From Candidatus Nanosynbacter lyticus (lineage in GTDB: Bacteria; Patescibacteriota; Saccharimonadia; Saccharimonadales; Saccharimonadaceae): 32,000 nt of DNA. The stretch is taken from assembly GCF_030253515.1 (NCBI RefSeq), contig NZ_CP124549.1, positions 180,001-212,000 on the forward strand, given 5' to 3'. Below the pieces are notes generated by a model. That model searched no databases, was not told the origin of the DNA, and worked only from the letters and a program-made list of their open reading frames with translations. This document shows positions 23,666-31,148 of the stretch, one piece after another. The position numbers and the translations under genes are program-made. Each line of letters begins with the position of its first letter. Position 1 is the first letter of the stretch.

Positions 23666-24499
23666 ATGAGAAAACGGGCGAGAAGTGAAAAAACCCAGTC
23701 GACAAAGGGGCGGTTGAATAAACATAATTGGTGGTTACTCATCGTGCTGCCAGTGTGGACGTATGCGGCGTTCTGGATGGCGCAGCTGGTCGTGCTTGGT
23801 CTGGTGTGGGTGCTTAGCCGTGTTGGTGTGCCGCTTGGTTCGGTGAATGAGGTGCTGCTAAACGCGACGGGCTCGGTCGTTGTGTACGTACTAGCGGTGA
23901 TCTTGGTGGTGAGTCTGCCGTTTTATGTCCGTCGCCGCCGAACGACGCTGAAAGAAATGGGGGTGACCGATTGGCCGTCGTGGTGGGACGTGGTGATTAC
24001 ACCGGCAGCCTTTATTGTATACACGATTTGTTCAGCGGTGTTTTTAACAGTGGTGACTAAACTGATAGCAATTGATATTCATCAGCCGCAGGCACTGCCA
24101 TTCTCGCAGTCGATGCTTGGTACTCAGTGGCAATATATCGCGGCATTTATGACGATAGCAGTGTTGGCGCCAGTGGCGGAGGAGCTACTATTTCGCGGTT
24201 ATTTGTATGGTAAATTACGGCGGACGGCACCAGTTTGGATGGCGGTTTTGATCACCAGCCTGACGTTTGGGGCGGCGCATTTGTGGGGAGGTAGCGGGTC
24301 ACTACAGTGGGCGGTCGCGGCAGACACCTTTGTGCTGAGTATCGTGATGAGCCTAGCGCGGGAGTATACCGGCGCGATCTGGGTGCCAGTTTTGATGCAT
24401 ATCGCGAAAAACAGCATTGCCTTTTATGCGCTGTACGTTAATCCAAACCTTTTAGAGCAACTAAAGTCGGCGCTGCTGCCGTTCATCGGAGGAATGTAA
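23666..24499 (+). CDS. CPBP-family (CAAX/Abi) intramembrane glutamic endopeptidase
   Basis: APVAEELLFRGYLYG (EExxxR), FGAAHLW, and a later HIAKNS. Multiple TM helices. Confidence 0.8.
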   Translation: MRKRARSEKTQSTKGRLNKHNWWLLIVLPVWTYAAFWMAQLVVLGLVWVLSRVGVPLGSVNEVLLNATGSVVVYVLAVILVVSLPFYVRRRRTTLKEMGVTDWPSWWDVVITPAAFIVYTICSAVFLTVVTKLIAIDIHQPQALPFSQSMLGTQWQYIAAFMTIAVLAPVAEELLFRGYLYGKLRRTAPVWMAVLITSLTFGAAHLWGGSGSLQWAVAADTFVLSIVMSLAREYTGAIWVPVLMHIAKNSIAFYALYVNPNLLEQLKSALLPFIGGM

Positions 24500-24500
24500 A

Positions 24501-25751
24501 ATGCGAATGAGTCAACTATTTACCAAGACAGCCAAGACCGCACCAGCGGACGAAGTCTCGAAAAATGCCCAGCTCCTCATCCGGGCGGGATTTGTGTATA
24601 AGGTGATGGCGGGTGTGTATGCGTACACGCCACTAGGGCTGCGTGTGCTGGAAAACCTCAAACAAATTGTCCGCGAGGAAATGAATGCGATTGGTGGCCA
24701 AGAGCTGATCATGACGAATTTGCAGCGCCGCGAGACTTGGGAGGCGACTGGTCGCTGGAGTGATGAGGTGGTCGATGTGTGGTTTAAAACTCGCTTGCAA
24801 GACGATACTGAGCTGGGGTTGGCATGGAGTCATGAAGAAGCGATCATGGAAATGATGCAGCAATATGTCAAAAGCTATAAGGATCTACCGGTCAGCGTGT
24901 ATCAGTTTCAGACCAAGCTGCGCAATGAACTCCGATCAAAGAGCGGTATTATGCGTGGCCGCGAATTTGTCATGAAGGATATGTACAGTCTGCACGCCAC
25001 ACAGGAGGACATGGATCAGTATTATGAGCGGGTTATCGAGGCGTATAAGCGCTGTTATGCACGGTTTGGTATTGGTGACAGTACATTTGTGACGTTTGCT
25101 GGTGGCGGGGCGTTCACTAAGTTTAGTCACGAGTTTCAGACGATATGTGAAGCGGGTGAGGATACACTGTACGTCAATGCTGACCAGACGGTAGCTGTTA
25201 ACGAAGAAGTGTTGGATGATGCTACCAAGGAGCTGGGAGTCAGTAGAGAGGATCTACGCCCGGTTGTCAGCGCCGAGGTCGGTAATATCTTTAAATTTGG
25301 TACCGAAAAAGCTGAGCAGATGGGTATCATGTACACCGGTGAAGATGGCAAGCAGTATCCGATTTACCTTGCAAGCTACGGCATTGGTATCACGCGGGTG
25401 ATGGGCGTGATTGCCGAAAAAATGTCGGATGATAAGGGGCTGGTCTGGCCGGAAAATGTTGCTCCGTTCAAGGTTCATGTGGTGGCGATTGGTGACAAGG
25501 GTCAGGAGCTAGCGAGTACATTATATACCGAGTTGGCAGAAAAGAGCATAGAGGTGCTACTGGACGATCGGGCTGAGCGGCCGGGCGTCAAGTTTGCCGA
25601 TGCGGAGCTGATGGGACTGCCGTGGCGGATTACGATTGGTGAGCGGGCAATTGACGGCGATGGATTGTTCGAGTTAACTGAGCGGGCGACTGGCGAGACA
25701 AAGAAGTTGGATTATCAGCAGCTGCTCGGGTTTTGTTTGGAGCGCGGGTGA
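24501..25751 (+). CDS. proS: Prolyl-tRNA synthetase, short (416 aa) bacterial-type form without the INS editing domain
   Basis: Class II motif 2 context LRNELRSKSGIMRGREFVMKDMYS, motif 3 region YLASYGIGITRVMG, and a C-terminal anticodon-binding domain. Only about 60 aa lie between motifs 2 and 3. Confidence 0.9.
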   Translation: MRMSQLFTKTAKTAPADEVSKNAQLLIRAGFVYKVMAGVYAYTPLGLRVLENLKQIVREEMNAIGGQELIMTNLQRRETWEATGRWSDEVVDVWFKTRLQDDTELGLAWSHEEAIMEMMQQYVKSYKDLPVSVYQFQTKLRNELRSKSGIMRGREFVMKDMYSLHATQEDMDQYYERVIEAYKRCYARFGIGDSTFVTFAGGGAFTKFSHEFQTICEAGEDTLYVNADQTVAVNEEVLDDATKELGVSREDLRPVVSAEVGNIFKFGTEKAEQMGIMYTGEDGKQYPIYLASYGIGITRVMGVIAEKMSDDKGLVWPENVAPFKVHVVAIGDKGQELASTLYTELAEKSIEVLLDDRAERPGVKFADAELMGLPWRITIGERAIDGDGLFELTERATGETKKLDYQQLLGFCLERG

Positions 25752-25808
25752 TCACATTGTCTGATATGTGCGACGGAGGCCAGATTGCACCAGGGGCTCC
25801 GTCATGTA

Positions 25809-25837
25809 TTGACATGGTTTGGGGTGATTGCTATACT
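25809..25837 (+). promoter_or_regulatory. greA promoter: TTGACA-17 nt-TATACT
   Basis: TTGACA at 25809-25814 and TATACT at 25832-25837. This predicts a leader of about 80 nt. Confidence 0.6.
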
Positions 25838-25864
25838 CGTAGAGACTTAAATAACCATATGGAT

Positions 25865-25908
25865 AAGCGCTATATATAGCACTTTTTGTTTTTGTAGACG
25901 CTATATAT
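25865..25908 (+). promoter_or_regulatory. greA leader element: an AT-rich palindrome, a T-run and a downstream repeat
   Basis: AAGCGCTATATATAGCACTT (25865-25884) is a 20-nt palindrome with one mismatch and a perfect 12-nt core GCTATATATAGC. It is followed by TTTTTGTTTTTG. CGCTATATAT is repeated at 25868 and 25899. Confidence 0.35.
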
Positions 25909-25925
25909 GGAGTGAGGAGAGTAAC

Positions 25926-26381
25926 ATGAATAAGGTATATCAGATTACCGAGAGTGGCCAGCGTGAGCTAGAACGAGAGCTGGAGGAGCTGAAAAGTCGG
26001 CGCGGCGAGATCGCTGATAAAATCGCGGCGGCGCGGGATTTTGGTGATTTGAGCGAGAATGCAGAGTACGATGCGGCGCGTGAGGCCCAAGGGCTGCTAG
26101 AAACGCGTATCACTGAGATTGAAACAATTTTGCAGAATGCGAGTATCATTCAGGCTGGCAGCAGCTCAACAGTGACACTGGGTAGTACGGTGGAACTGGA
26201 GGCCAATGGCAAGACAGTGGTTTATACCGTCGTTGGGCCGGTCGAGGCGGATCCGCTAGAAGGGAAGGTCTCGAATGAGTCGCCGATCGGCCAGGCGCTG
26301 ATGGGCAAGGCGGTTGGTGATACGGTAACGATCAGCACGCCAAAAGGCGAGTTGGCATATACGGTCGTGGCACTGCGGTAG
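25926..26381 (+). CDS. greA: Transcription elongation factor GreA
   Basis: The segment AAARDFGDLSENAEYDAAREAQ and the length of 151 aa. SD gaggag upstream. Confidence 0.93.
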   Translation: MNKVYQITESGQRELERELEELKSRRGEIADKIAAARDFGDLSENAEYDAAREAQGLLETRITEIETILQNASIIQAGSSSTVTLGSTVELEANGKTVVYTVVGPVEADPLEGKVSNESPIGQALMGKAVGDTVTISTPKGELAYTVVALR

Positions 26382-26406
26382 CTAGGTGGGACAATCGAAG
26401 GATCTG

Positions 26407-26982
26407 CTACTTGTCAATGTCTGTTGGTTGGTGATAGATGGCTTGAATTATCTTGGGGCCTAGCTTGGTTTCTACAGCTTGACGCGCCTGCTGTCGTACT
26501 TCTTCTAATGTAAGTCGCTGAGACCCACTTCCAGATAACTGTTTGAGAATGATGTCATCTCGTACTGGCAAGTTCTGCTGGTTAAACTGCTTCATGATTG
26601 TTTCTGCTGGTGTAGTACTGGTTTTTGGATGGTAAAACCTATTGATTGCTAAGACGACTCGACCGAGACTTCTTGGTATATCTCTAGAAAGTCTGTCGGG
26701 GTGACGCGCCAGTCTTTTGAGTCTATTCTCAAGTCTGCGAGCACGCCATGGGTGTTTATCACGGAGTAAATCAGCCACATTGACCACATTCATTAGTGTA
26801 CGGAGTGGATAGGCTGGGGGCTCTGTTCTGCCTCTTAGTTCTGCTACCCACGAGCGGGCGTCATGGTAGAGCCCCTTTGCTTGATTTGGATCGTCACAGT
26901 GATCGGGCAAGCTCATTTCCCATGAGGACGGCGTCGGGGTTTTATCTTTTGTTAGCAGCGTATCCATACCAGTTTTGAGCAT
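26407..26982 (-). CDS. Hypothetical protein, 191 aa (orphan O7)
   Basis: It has its own promoter (next feature). Basic and soluble, with no recognisable motif. It is convergent with greA. Confidence 0.5.
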   Translation of the reverse strand: MLKTGMDTLLTKDKTPTPSSWEMSLPDHCDDPNQAKGLYHDARSWVAELRGRTEPPAYPLRTLMNVVNVADLLRDKHPWRARRLENRLKRLARHPDRLSRDIPRSLGRVVLAINRFYHPKTSTTPAETIMKQFNQQNLPVRDDIILKQLSGSGSQRLTLEEVRQQARQAVETKLGPKIIQAIYHQPTDIDK

Positions 26983-26990
26983 CGTTCTCC

Positions 26991-27019
26991 ATTATCCAAT
27001 AAATGCTTCATCTTTGCAA
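26991..27019 (-). promoter_or_regulatory. O7 promoter: TTGCAA-17 nt-GATAAT, with the -10 box 8 nt upstream of the ATG
   Basis: The minus strand reads ccTTGCAAagatgaagcatttattgGATAATggagaacgATG. Confidence 0.45.
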
Positions 27020-27062
27020 GGCCATTGGCGATAATATTATTAAAAAGCGCATCGGCAATAAG

Positions 27063-27071
27063 TGATATAAT
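27063..27071 (+). promoter_or_regulatory. Extended -10 TGaTATAAT 6 nt upstream of ATG 27078 (candidate leaderless promoter)
   Basis: Sequence reads aagTGaTATAATtaacgtATG. Confidence 0.5.
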
Positions 27072-27077
27072 TAACGT

Positions 27078-28817
27078 ATGAAGCGGTTTTTCTTTGGGAT
27101 GGTCGCGGTGATGGTGCTGTTGGTCGGGTTCGGGTCAACGGCACAGGCGACAAATAATTTTACGATTAGTAATTATACTGTCGACATGGAACTGGGGCGC
27201 GATAGTGAACAGCGTTCGACACTGCGTACCAAATTGACCATTACTGCGGATTTTCCGCCACGACAGAACCATGGCATTGCACCAGTGTTTGTCAAGAAGT
27301 ATAATGGGCATCCGACTCACTTTACGCTGGAGTCAGTGACGGATGAGCGGGGTGCGCCGCTGGAGTATAGGTGGCATAATGATGAGCTGAGAATTGGCAA
27401 CAAAGACACCTACGTCAAGGGCAAAAAGACCTATGTCATTACCTATACACAACGGGACGTGACGAAATTATATCACGATACGGGTAAACAGGAGTTTTAT
27501 TGGGATGCGATCGGCACTAACTGGCAGGTGCCAATTCAGTCAGCATCGGTGACGCTCAAGCTAAGTCCCGAGCTGGTGGCTGCTAAACGAACGAACCTCC
27601 AGTGTTATCAGGGTCGGTTTGGTAGTAATCAGCGCTGCGAGGTACGTGAACAGGGCGATACGTTGACGGCGACGGCCCGCGCACTGCCAAATCAGGCGGG
27701 CGTGACGATCGCGGTCGGATTTGCACCGGGGACATTTGTGGCATATCAGATGTCATTCATGGAACAGCTGATTGATTGGTGGGCGAAATTACAATTGGTG
27801 TTGCTGGCGGTGGCGCTGATATTGGTGGGGGTGATCATCGTGGCTTATTATCGGTCGATTGGTCGCCGTAAAGAACTGGAGCCAATTCCGCCGGAGTATT
27901 TGCCACCGCGAGGTACGAGCGTGACGACGTCAGCCAAGCTGGTGCAGCCGTTTCATATGGTCAAGGGGTCGGTGATGGCGGCACAAATGATAGACCTGGC
28001 GGTGCGCCACTACATTCAGGTTATCGAGGTGAAGCCGCGTACGACATGGCGAACAGCTGAGTACGAAGTGAAAGTGATACAAGCTCCGGGTAAACTCCTG
28101 GCCGAGGAGCAAGAAATGCTGAGGAATATATTTGGCTCCTCGCCGAAAGTTGGTAAGCGGTTAAATCTAAAAACGCTGCGTAACAATGCGCCATACGCAG
28201 CGCGAGTACGCTACAGCGCAAAGCAAATGAAAGGGCGGCTCATTGACGACTATGGTTTGCAAGCGCGCGAGCCGCAGCATACCCGACGATTTCGACGGTA
28301 CGCGATAATTATCAGTATTTTTGCGGTGCTGTTGTTGTCGCCGGTGCTCTTGGTGCTGGCGGGGACGGTGTTTTATCTGTCGTTTGGTAAGGTGCTGACC
28401 GACAAGGGTCTGGCGCTCAGGCGGTATCTGGCGGGCCTGAAAAGGTATATTGGCGTGGCTGAGGTCGAGCGTTTGCAGATGCTGCAGAGTCCAGAGGGCG
28501 CGGAAAAAGTAAAGGTTGACGCGGCTGATGAGAAACAGCTGGTGAAATTGTACGAGCGGGTACTGCCGTACGCGGTGTTGTTTGGGCAGGAAAAAGAGTG
28601 GAGTGCGCAGCTGGGTAAGTACTATGAGCAGGTCGGCGAGCAACCGGATTGGTACAGCGGCCAAGGCGCGTTTAATGCGGCGGCATTTTCGGCAGGAATG
28701 AGTAGTTTGTCGAGTACGGCCGTAAGCGTCAGTTCCTTTGAATCCTCGACGGGTGGCTCAACTGGTGGCGGCTTTGCTGGAGGCGGTGGAGGCGGCGGTG
28801 GAGGCGGCGGCTGGTAA
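27078..28817 (+). CDS. DUF2207-family membrane protein with a signal peptide and a C-terminal poly-Gly tail
   Basis: Signal-like N-terminus MKRFFFGMVAVMVLLVGFGSTAQA. The N-terminal extracellular domain begins FTISNYTVDMEL (typical of DUF2207, from memory). There are central and late TM helices and a tail STGGSTGGGFAGGGGGGGGGGGW. Confidence 0.7.
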   Translation: MKRFFFGMVAVMVLLVGFGSTAQATNNFTISNYTVDMELGRDSEQRSTLRTKLTITADFPPRQNHGIAPVFVKKYNGHPTHFTLESVTDERGAPLEYRWHNDELRIGNKDTYVKGKKTYVITYTQRDVTKLYHDTGKQEFYWDAIGTNWQVPIQSASVTLKLSPELVAAKRTNLQCYQGRFGSNQRCEVREQGDTLTATARALPNQAGVTIAVGFAPGTFVAYQMSFMEQLIDWWAKLQLVLLAVALILVGVIIVAYYRSIGRRKELEPIPPEYLPPRGTSVTTSAKLVQPFHMVKGSVMAAQMIDLAVRHYIQVIEVKPRTTWRTAEYEVKVIQAPGKLLAEEQEMLRNIFGSSPKVGKRLNLKTLRNNAPYAARVRYSAKQMKGRLIDDYGLQAREPQHTRRFRRYAIIISIFAVLLLSPVLLVLAGTVFYLSFGKVLTDKGLALRRYLAGLKRYIGVAEVERLQMLQSPEGAEKVKVDAADEKQLVKLYERVLPYAVLFGQEKEWSAQLGKYYEQVGEQPDWYSGQGAFNAAAFSAGMSSLSSTAVSVSSFESSTGGSTGGGFAGGGGGGGGGGGW

Positions 28818-28822
28818 TCACT

Positions 28823-29776
28823 ATGCCTGATGTTGTATTGCTAGTATTGGCGGCGGTGCTGTTAGTGCTGTCGGGATCGTTTTCAGGTCTTAATATTGGA
28901 TTAATGATGGCGCGACCCGATGATTTGCGGCGCAAGGCCAGGCAGGGTGATGCGATTGCTGCACGGGTCTATCGCTACCGCAAAGATGGCTATTATCTGA
29001 TATTTTGCATCTTGCTGGGTAATGTTGGGGTGAATACGGCGATGTCAATTTTGCTGGGCAATATGACGAACGGCGTGATTGGCGGGTTGATCGCCACGCT
29101 GCTGATCACTATGTTTGGCGAGATTTTGCCGCAAGCGATTTTTACGCAGCGCGGTTATCGTTTTGTACGGCATTTCTTTTGGCTGCTGGACGTGATTTAT
29201 GTGGTATTTTGGCCGTTGGCCCGGCCGATGTCCAAGCTACTCAATCGCTGGCTGGGCAAGGAAACGCCACAGCTGTATTCACATCAGGAGCTGGAGCAAA
29301 TTATTCACGAGCATGCCGCGCGGTCTGACAGTCCGGTTGATTATGACGAGAGTCGGATCGCGGCGGGTGCGCTGCAGTTTAGCAAAAAGACAGCGGGCGA
29401 TTTGGTAACGCCGATGGATGAGGTATTTACCGTGGATCTGGATGATGAGCTGGACGCAACGCTACTAGCGCAGATTAAACACGCTGGACATTCGCGGATC
29501 CCGGTGCGGGCTGATGGGCGGCTGGTAGGGATTTTATACGTCAAGGATGTGGTGGGGCGTGAGCTGCCGCTACCGATTAGCCAGTTGTACCGTGATAAGA
29601 TCCATGACATTGACGCGCGGTCGCGGCTGGACACGGTGCTCAGCCGATTTATCCAAACCCGCAATCATTTGTTTGTGGTGATGGATGATGAAACTGAGCT
29701 AGGCATTATCACGCTGGAGGACGTGATTGAGGAGATCTTGGACCAGGAAATTGAGGATGAATACGACGAGAAATAG
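28823..29776 (+). CDS. CNNM/DUF21 transmembrane domain plus CBS-pair protein (putative divalent-cation transporter, CorB/hemolysin-C-like), lacking a CorC_HlyC domain
   Basis: N-terminal DUF21-like helices (LSGSFSGLNIGLM...LLGNVGVNT...FGEILPQA), then a CBS pair (VTPMDEVFTVDLDD... and LFVVMDDETELGIITLEDVIEEI). Confidence 0.75.
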   Translation: MPDVVLLVLAAVLLVLSGSFSGLNIGLMMARPDDLRRKARQGDAIAARVYRYRKDGYYLIFCILLGNVGVNTAMSILLGNMTNGVIGGLIATLLITMFGEILPQAIFTQRGYRFVRHFFWLLDVIYVVFWPLARPMSKLLNRWLGKETPQLYSHQELEQIIHEHAARSDSPVDYDESRIAAGALQFSKKTAGDLVTPMDEVFTVDLDDELDATLLAQIKHAGHSRIPVRADGRLVGILYVKDVVGRELPLPISQLYRDKIHDIDARSRLDTVLSRFIQTRNHLFVVMDDETELGIITLEDVIEEILDQEIEDEYDEK

Positions 29777-29784
29777 TAAATAGC

Positions 29785-29842
29785 TTGACTTTTTATAGTA
29801 CCTTGTATAACATAGTACTATGTATAATGAAAATACAAGGAG
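29785..29842 (+). promoter_or_regulatory. Promoter/operator region of the ABC-PadR operon: TTGACT, a tandem 17-bp repeat, a 14-bp palindrome and an SD
   Basis: TTGACT at 29785-29790. Tandem repeats ATAGTACCTTGTATAAC (29795-29811) and ATAGTACTATGTATAAT (29812-29828) are 14/17 identical. Perfect palindrome ACATAGTACTATGT at 29810-29823. TATAAT at 29823-29828. Inverted repeat CCTTGTAT (29801-29808) / ATACAAGG (29833-29840). SD aaggag at 29837-29842. Confidence 0.55.
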
Positions 29843-29848
29843 CATAGC

Positions 29849-31138
29849 ATGAGAAGAGTTGACATTATCAAGCGGGCGGGACGGAATCTTCGCCAGTCAA
29901 AAGGTCGGACGATTTTGACGTCGTTGGCGATTTCTGTCGGGGCGTTTACGATTGGCTTGGCACTGATGGCTGGTGAGGGTGGTCGACTGTACACCAATAG
30001 TATCGTTGACGCGGCTGGCGATAAAAAAGTAATTATGGTCAATAAAAAGATTGAAGCAGATAAGAAAGATAAATTACCAGAATATGGCAATTCGGCAGAA
30101 GAAGCTGACAAAAATAAAGCATCGGCGGCGCGCAGCAAATATTTGCTCAACGACAAGGATTTGGAAAAGATCCGACGAACACCGCACGTAAAAACGGTAA
30201 CGCCGGCGTATTCGACTGATGGCGTGGCGTATGCTAAAAGTTCAGCGAGTGATAAAAAATTTGCACTGACGGTGGGTGTTAAAATGGATAGGACTCGGGC
30301 GGAATTGGCAGCAGGAACCCTGGAGGATTTTATGCCAAAACCGGGCGAGATTATCATCCCGAATGATTATGTGAAGCAGTTAGGCTTTAAGGATGCGCAG
30401 TCGGCAATTGGCCAGACGATAACCTTGGGTGTGCGTAGCGCAGCGCAGGGCGGCAATGTCGCCAAAGAGGTATCATTCAAGATCGCGGCGGTGGACAAAA
30501 AATCAGACACCATTTTGTTTTATGAACCAATGCTGAGGATTTCGACGGCTGATGCCAAGGCTATTTATGAATTCAGCCACGACAAGAGTCAACCGCATCA
30601 GTATTCAACGGCGATTGCTATGGTGGATGATGAGAAAAATGTTGATACCGTGAAAGACGAAATCAATAAAGATTACAGTGCGTATTCGATTCAGGATATT
30701 CGAAAAACGTTGCTGACAATGGTCAATGTGGCTCAAGCGGCACTGGCGTCATTTGGTGGATTAGCATTGCTGGCCAGTGTGTTCGGGATTATTAACACTA
30801 TGTATATTTCGGTGCTGGAGCGTACCAGCCAAATTGGTTTAATGAAGGCGCTGGGGATGCGTGGTCGTGATATTGGTAAGTTGTTCCGTTATGAGGCAGC
30901 GTGGGTTGGCTTGTTAGGCGGACTGATTGGCGTTGGGCTGGCAAGCTTGGTGACGCTATTAAACCCAGTAATTACCAGTGTCTTAAGATTAGGTGCCGGG
31001 ACTAATTTGCTAGTAATTGATCCGCTGCAAATCGGGCTACTGGTCTTTGGACTAGTGGTGATGGCGGTAATTTCTGGCTGGCTGCCAAGCCGCAAAGCAA
31101 CAAAATTAGACCCAATTGAGGCATTAAGGACGGAATAG
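29849..31138 (+). CDS. ABC transporter permease, FtsX/MacB-like
   Basis: An N-terminal TM helix, a large periplasmic-type domain, and a C-terminal FtsX domain (SVLERTSQIGLMKALGMRGRDIGKLF...SGWLPSRKATKLDPIEALR). Confidence 0.88.
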   Translation: MRRVDIIKRAGRNLRQSKGRTILTSLAISVGAFTIGLALMAGEGGRLYTNSIVDAAGDKKVIMVNKKIEADKKDKLPEYGNSAEEADKNKASAARSKYLLNDKDLEKIRRTPHVKTVTPAYSTDGVAYAKSSASDKKFALTVGVKMDRTRAELAAGTLEDFMPKPGEIIIPNDYVKQLGFKDAQSAIGQTITLGVRSAAQGGNVAKEVSFKIAAVDKKSDTILFYEPMLRISTADAKAIYEFSHDKSQPHQYSTAIAMVDDEKNVDTVKDEINKDYSAYSIQDIRKTLLTMVNVAQAALASFGGLALLASVFGIINTMYISVLERTSQIGLMKALGMRGRDIGKLFRYEAAWVGLLGGLIGVGLASLVTLLNPVITSVLRLGAGTNLLVIDPLQIGLLVFGLVVMAVISGWLPSRKATKLDPIEALRTE

Positions 31139-31148
31139 GAGAGAGGTC

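Noticed and set aside
25783-25803. An inverted repeat GACGGAG...CTCCGTC after proS, considered as a terminator.
   Set aside because: It has a 7-bp stem, a loop of about 18 nt and no T-run. That is too weak to call.
28764-28814. GGN-rich near-tandem repeat DNA that could be mistaken for a repeat array.
   Set aside because: It is in frame and encodes the poly-Gly tail of the DUF2207 protein. It has no spacers or array structure. It is mentioned only as a possible slippage site.
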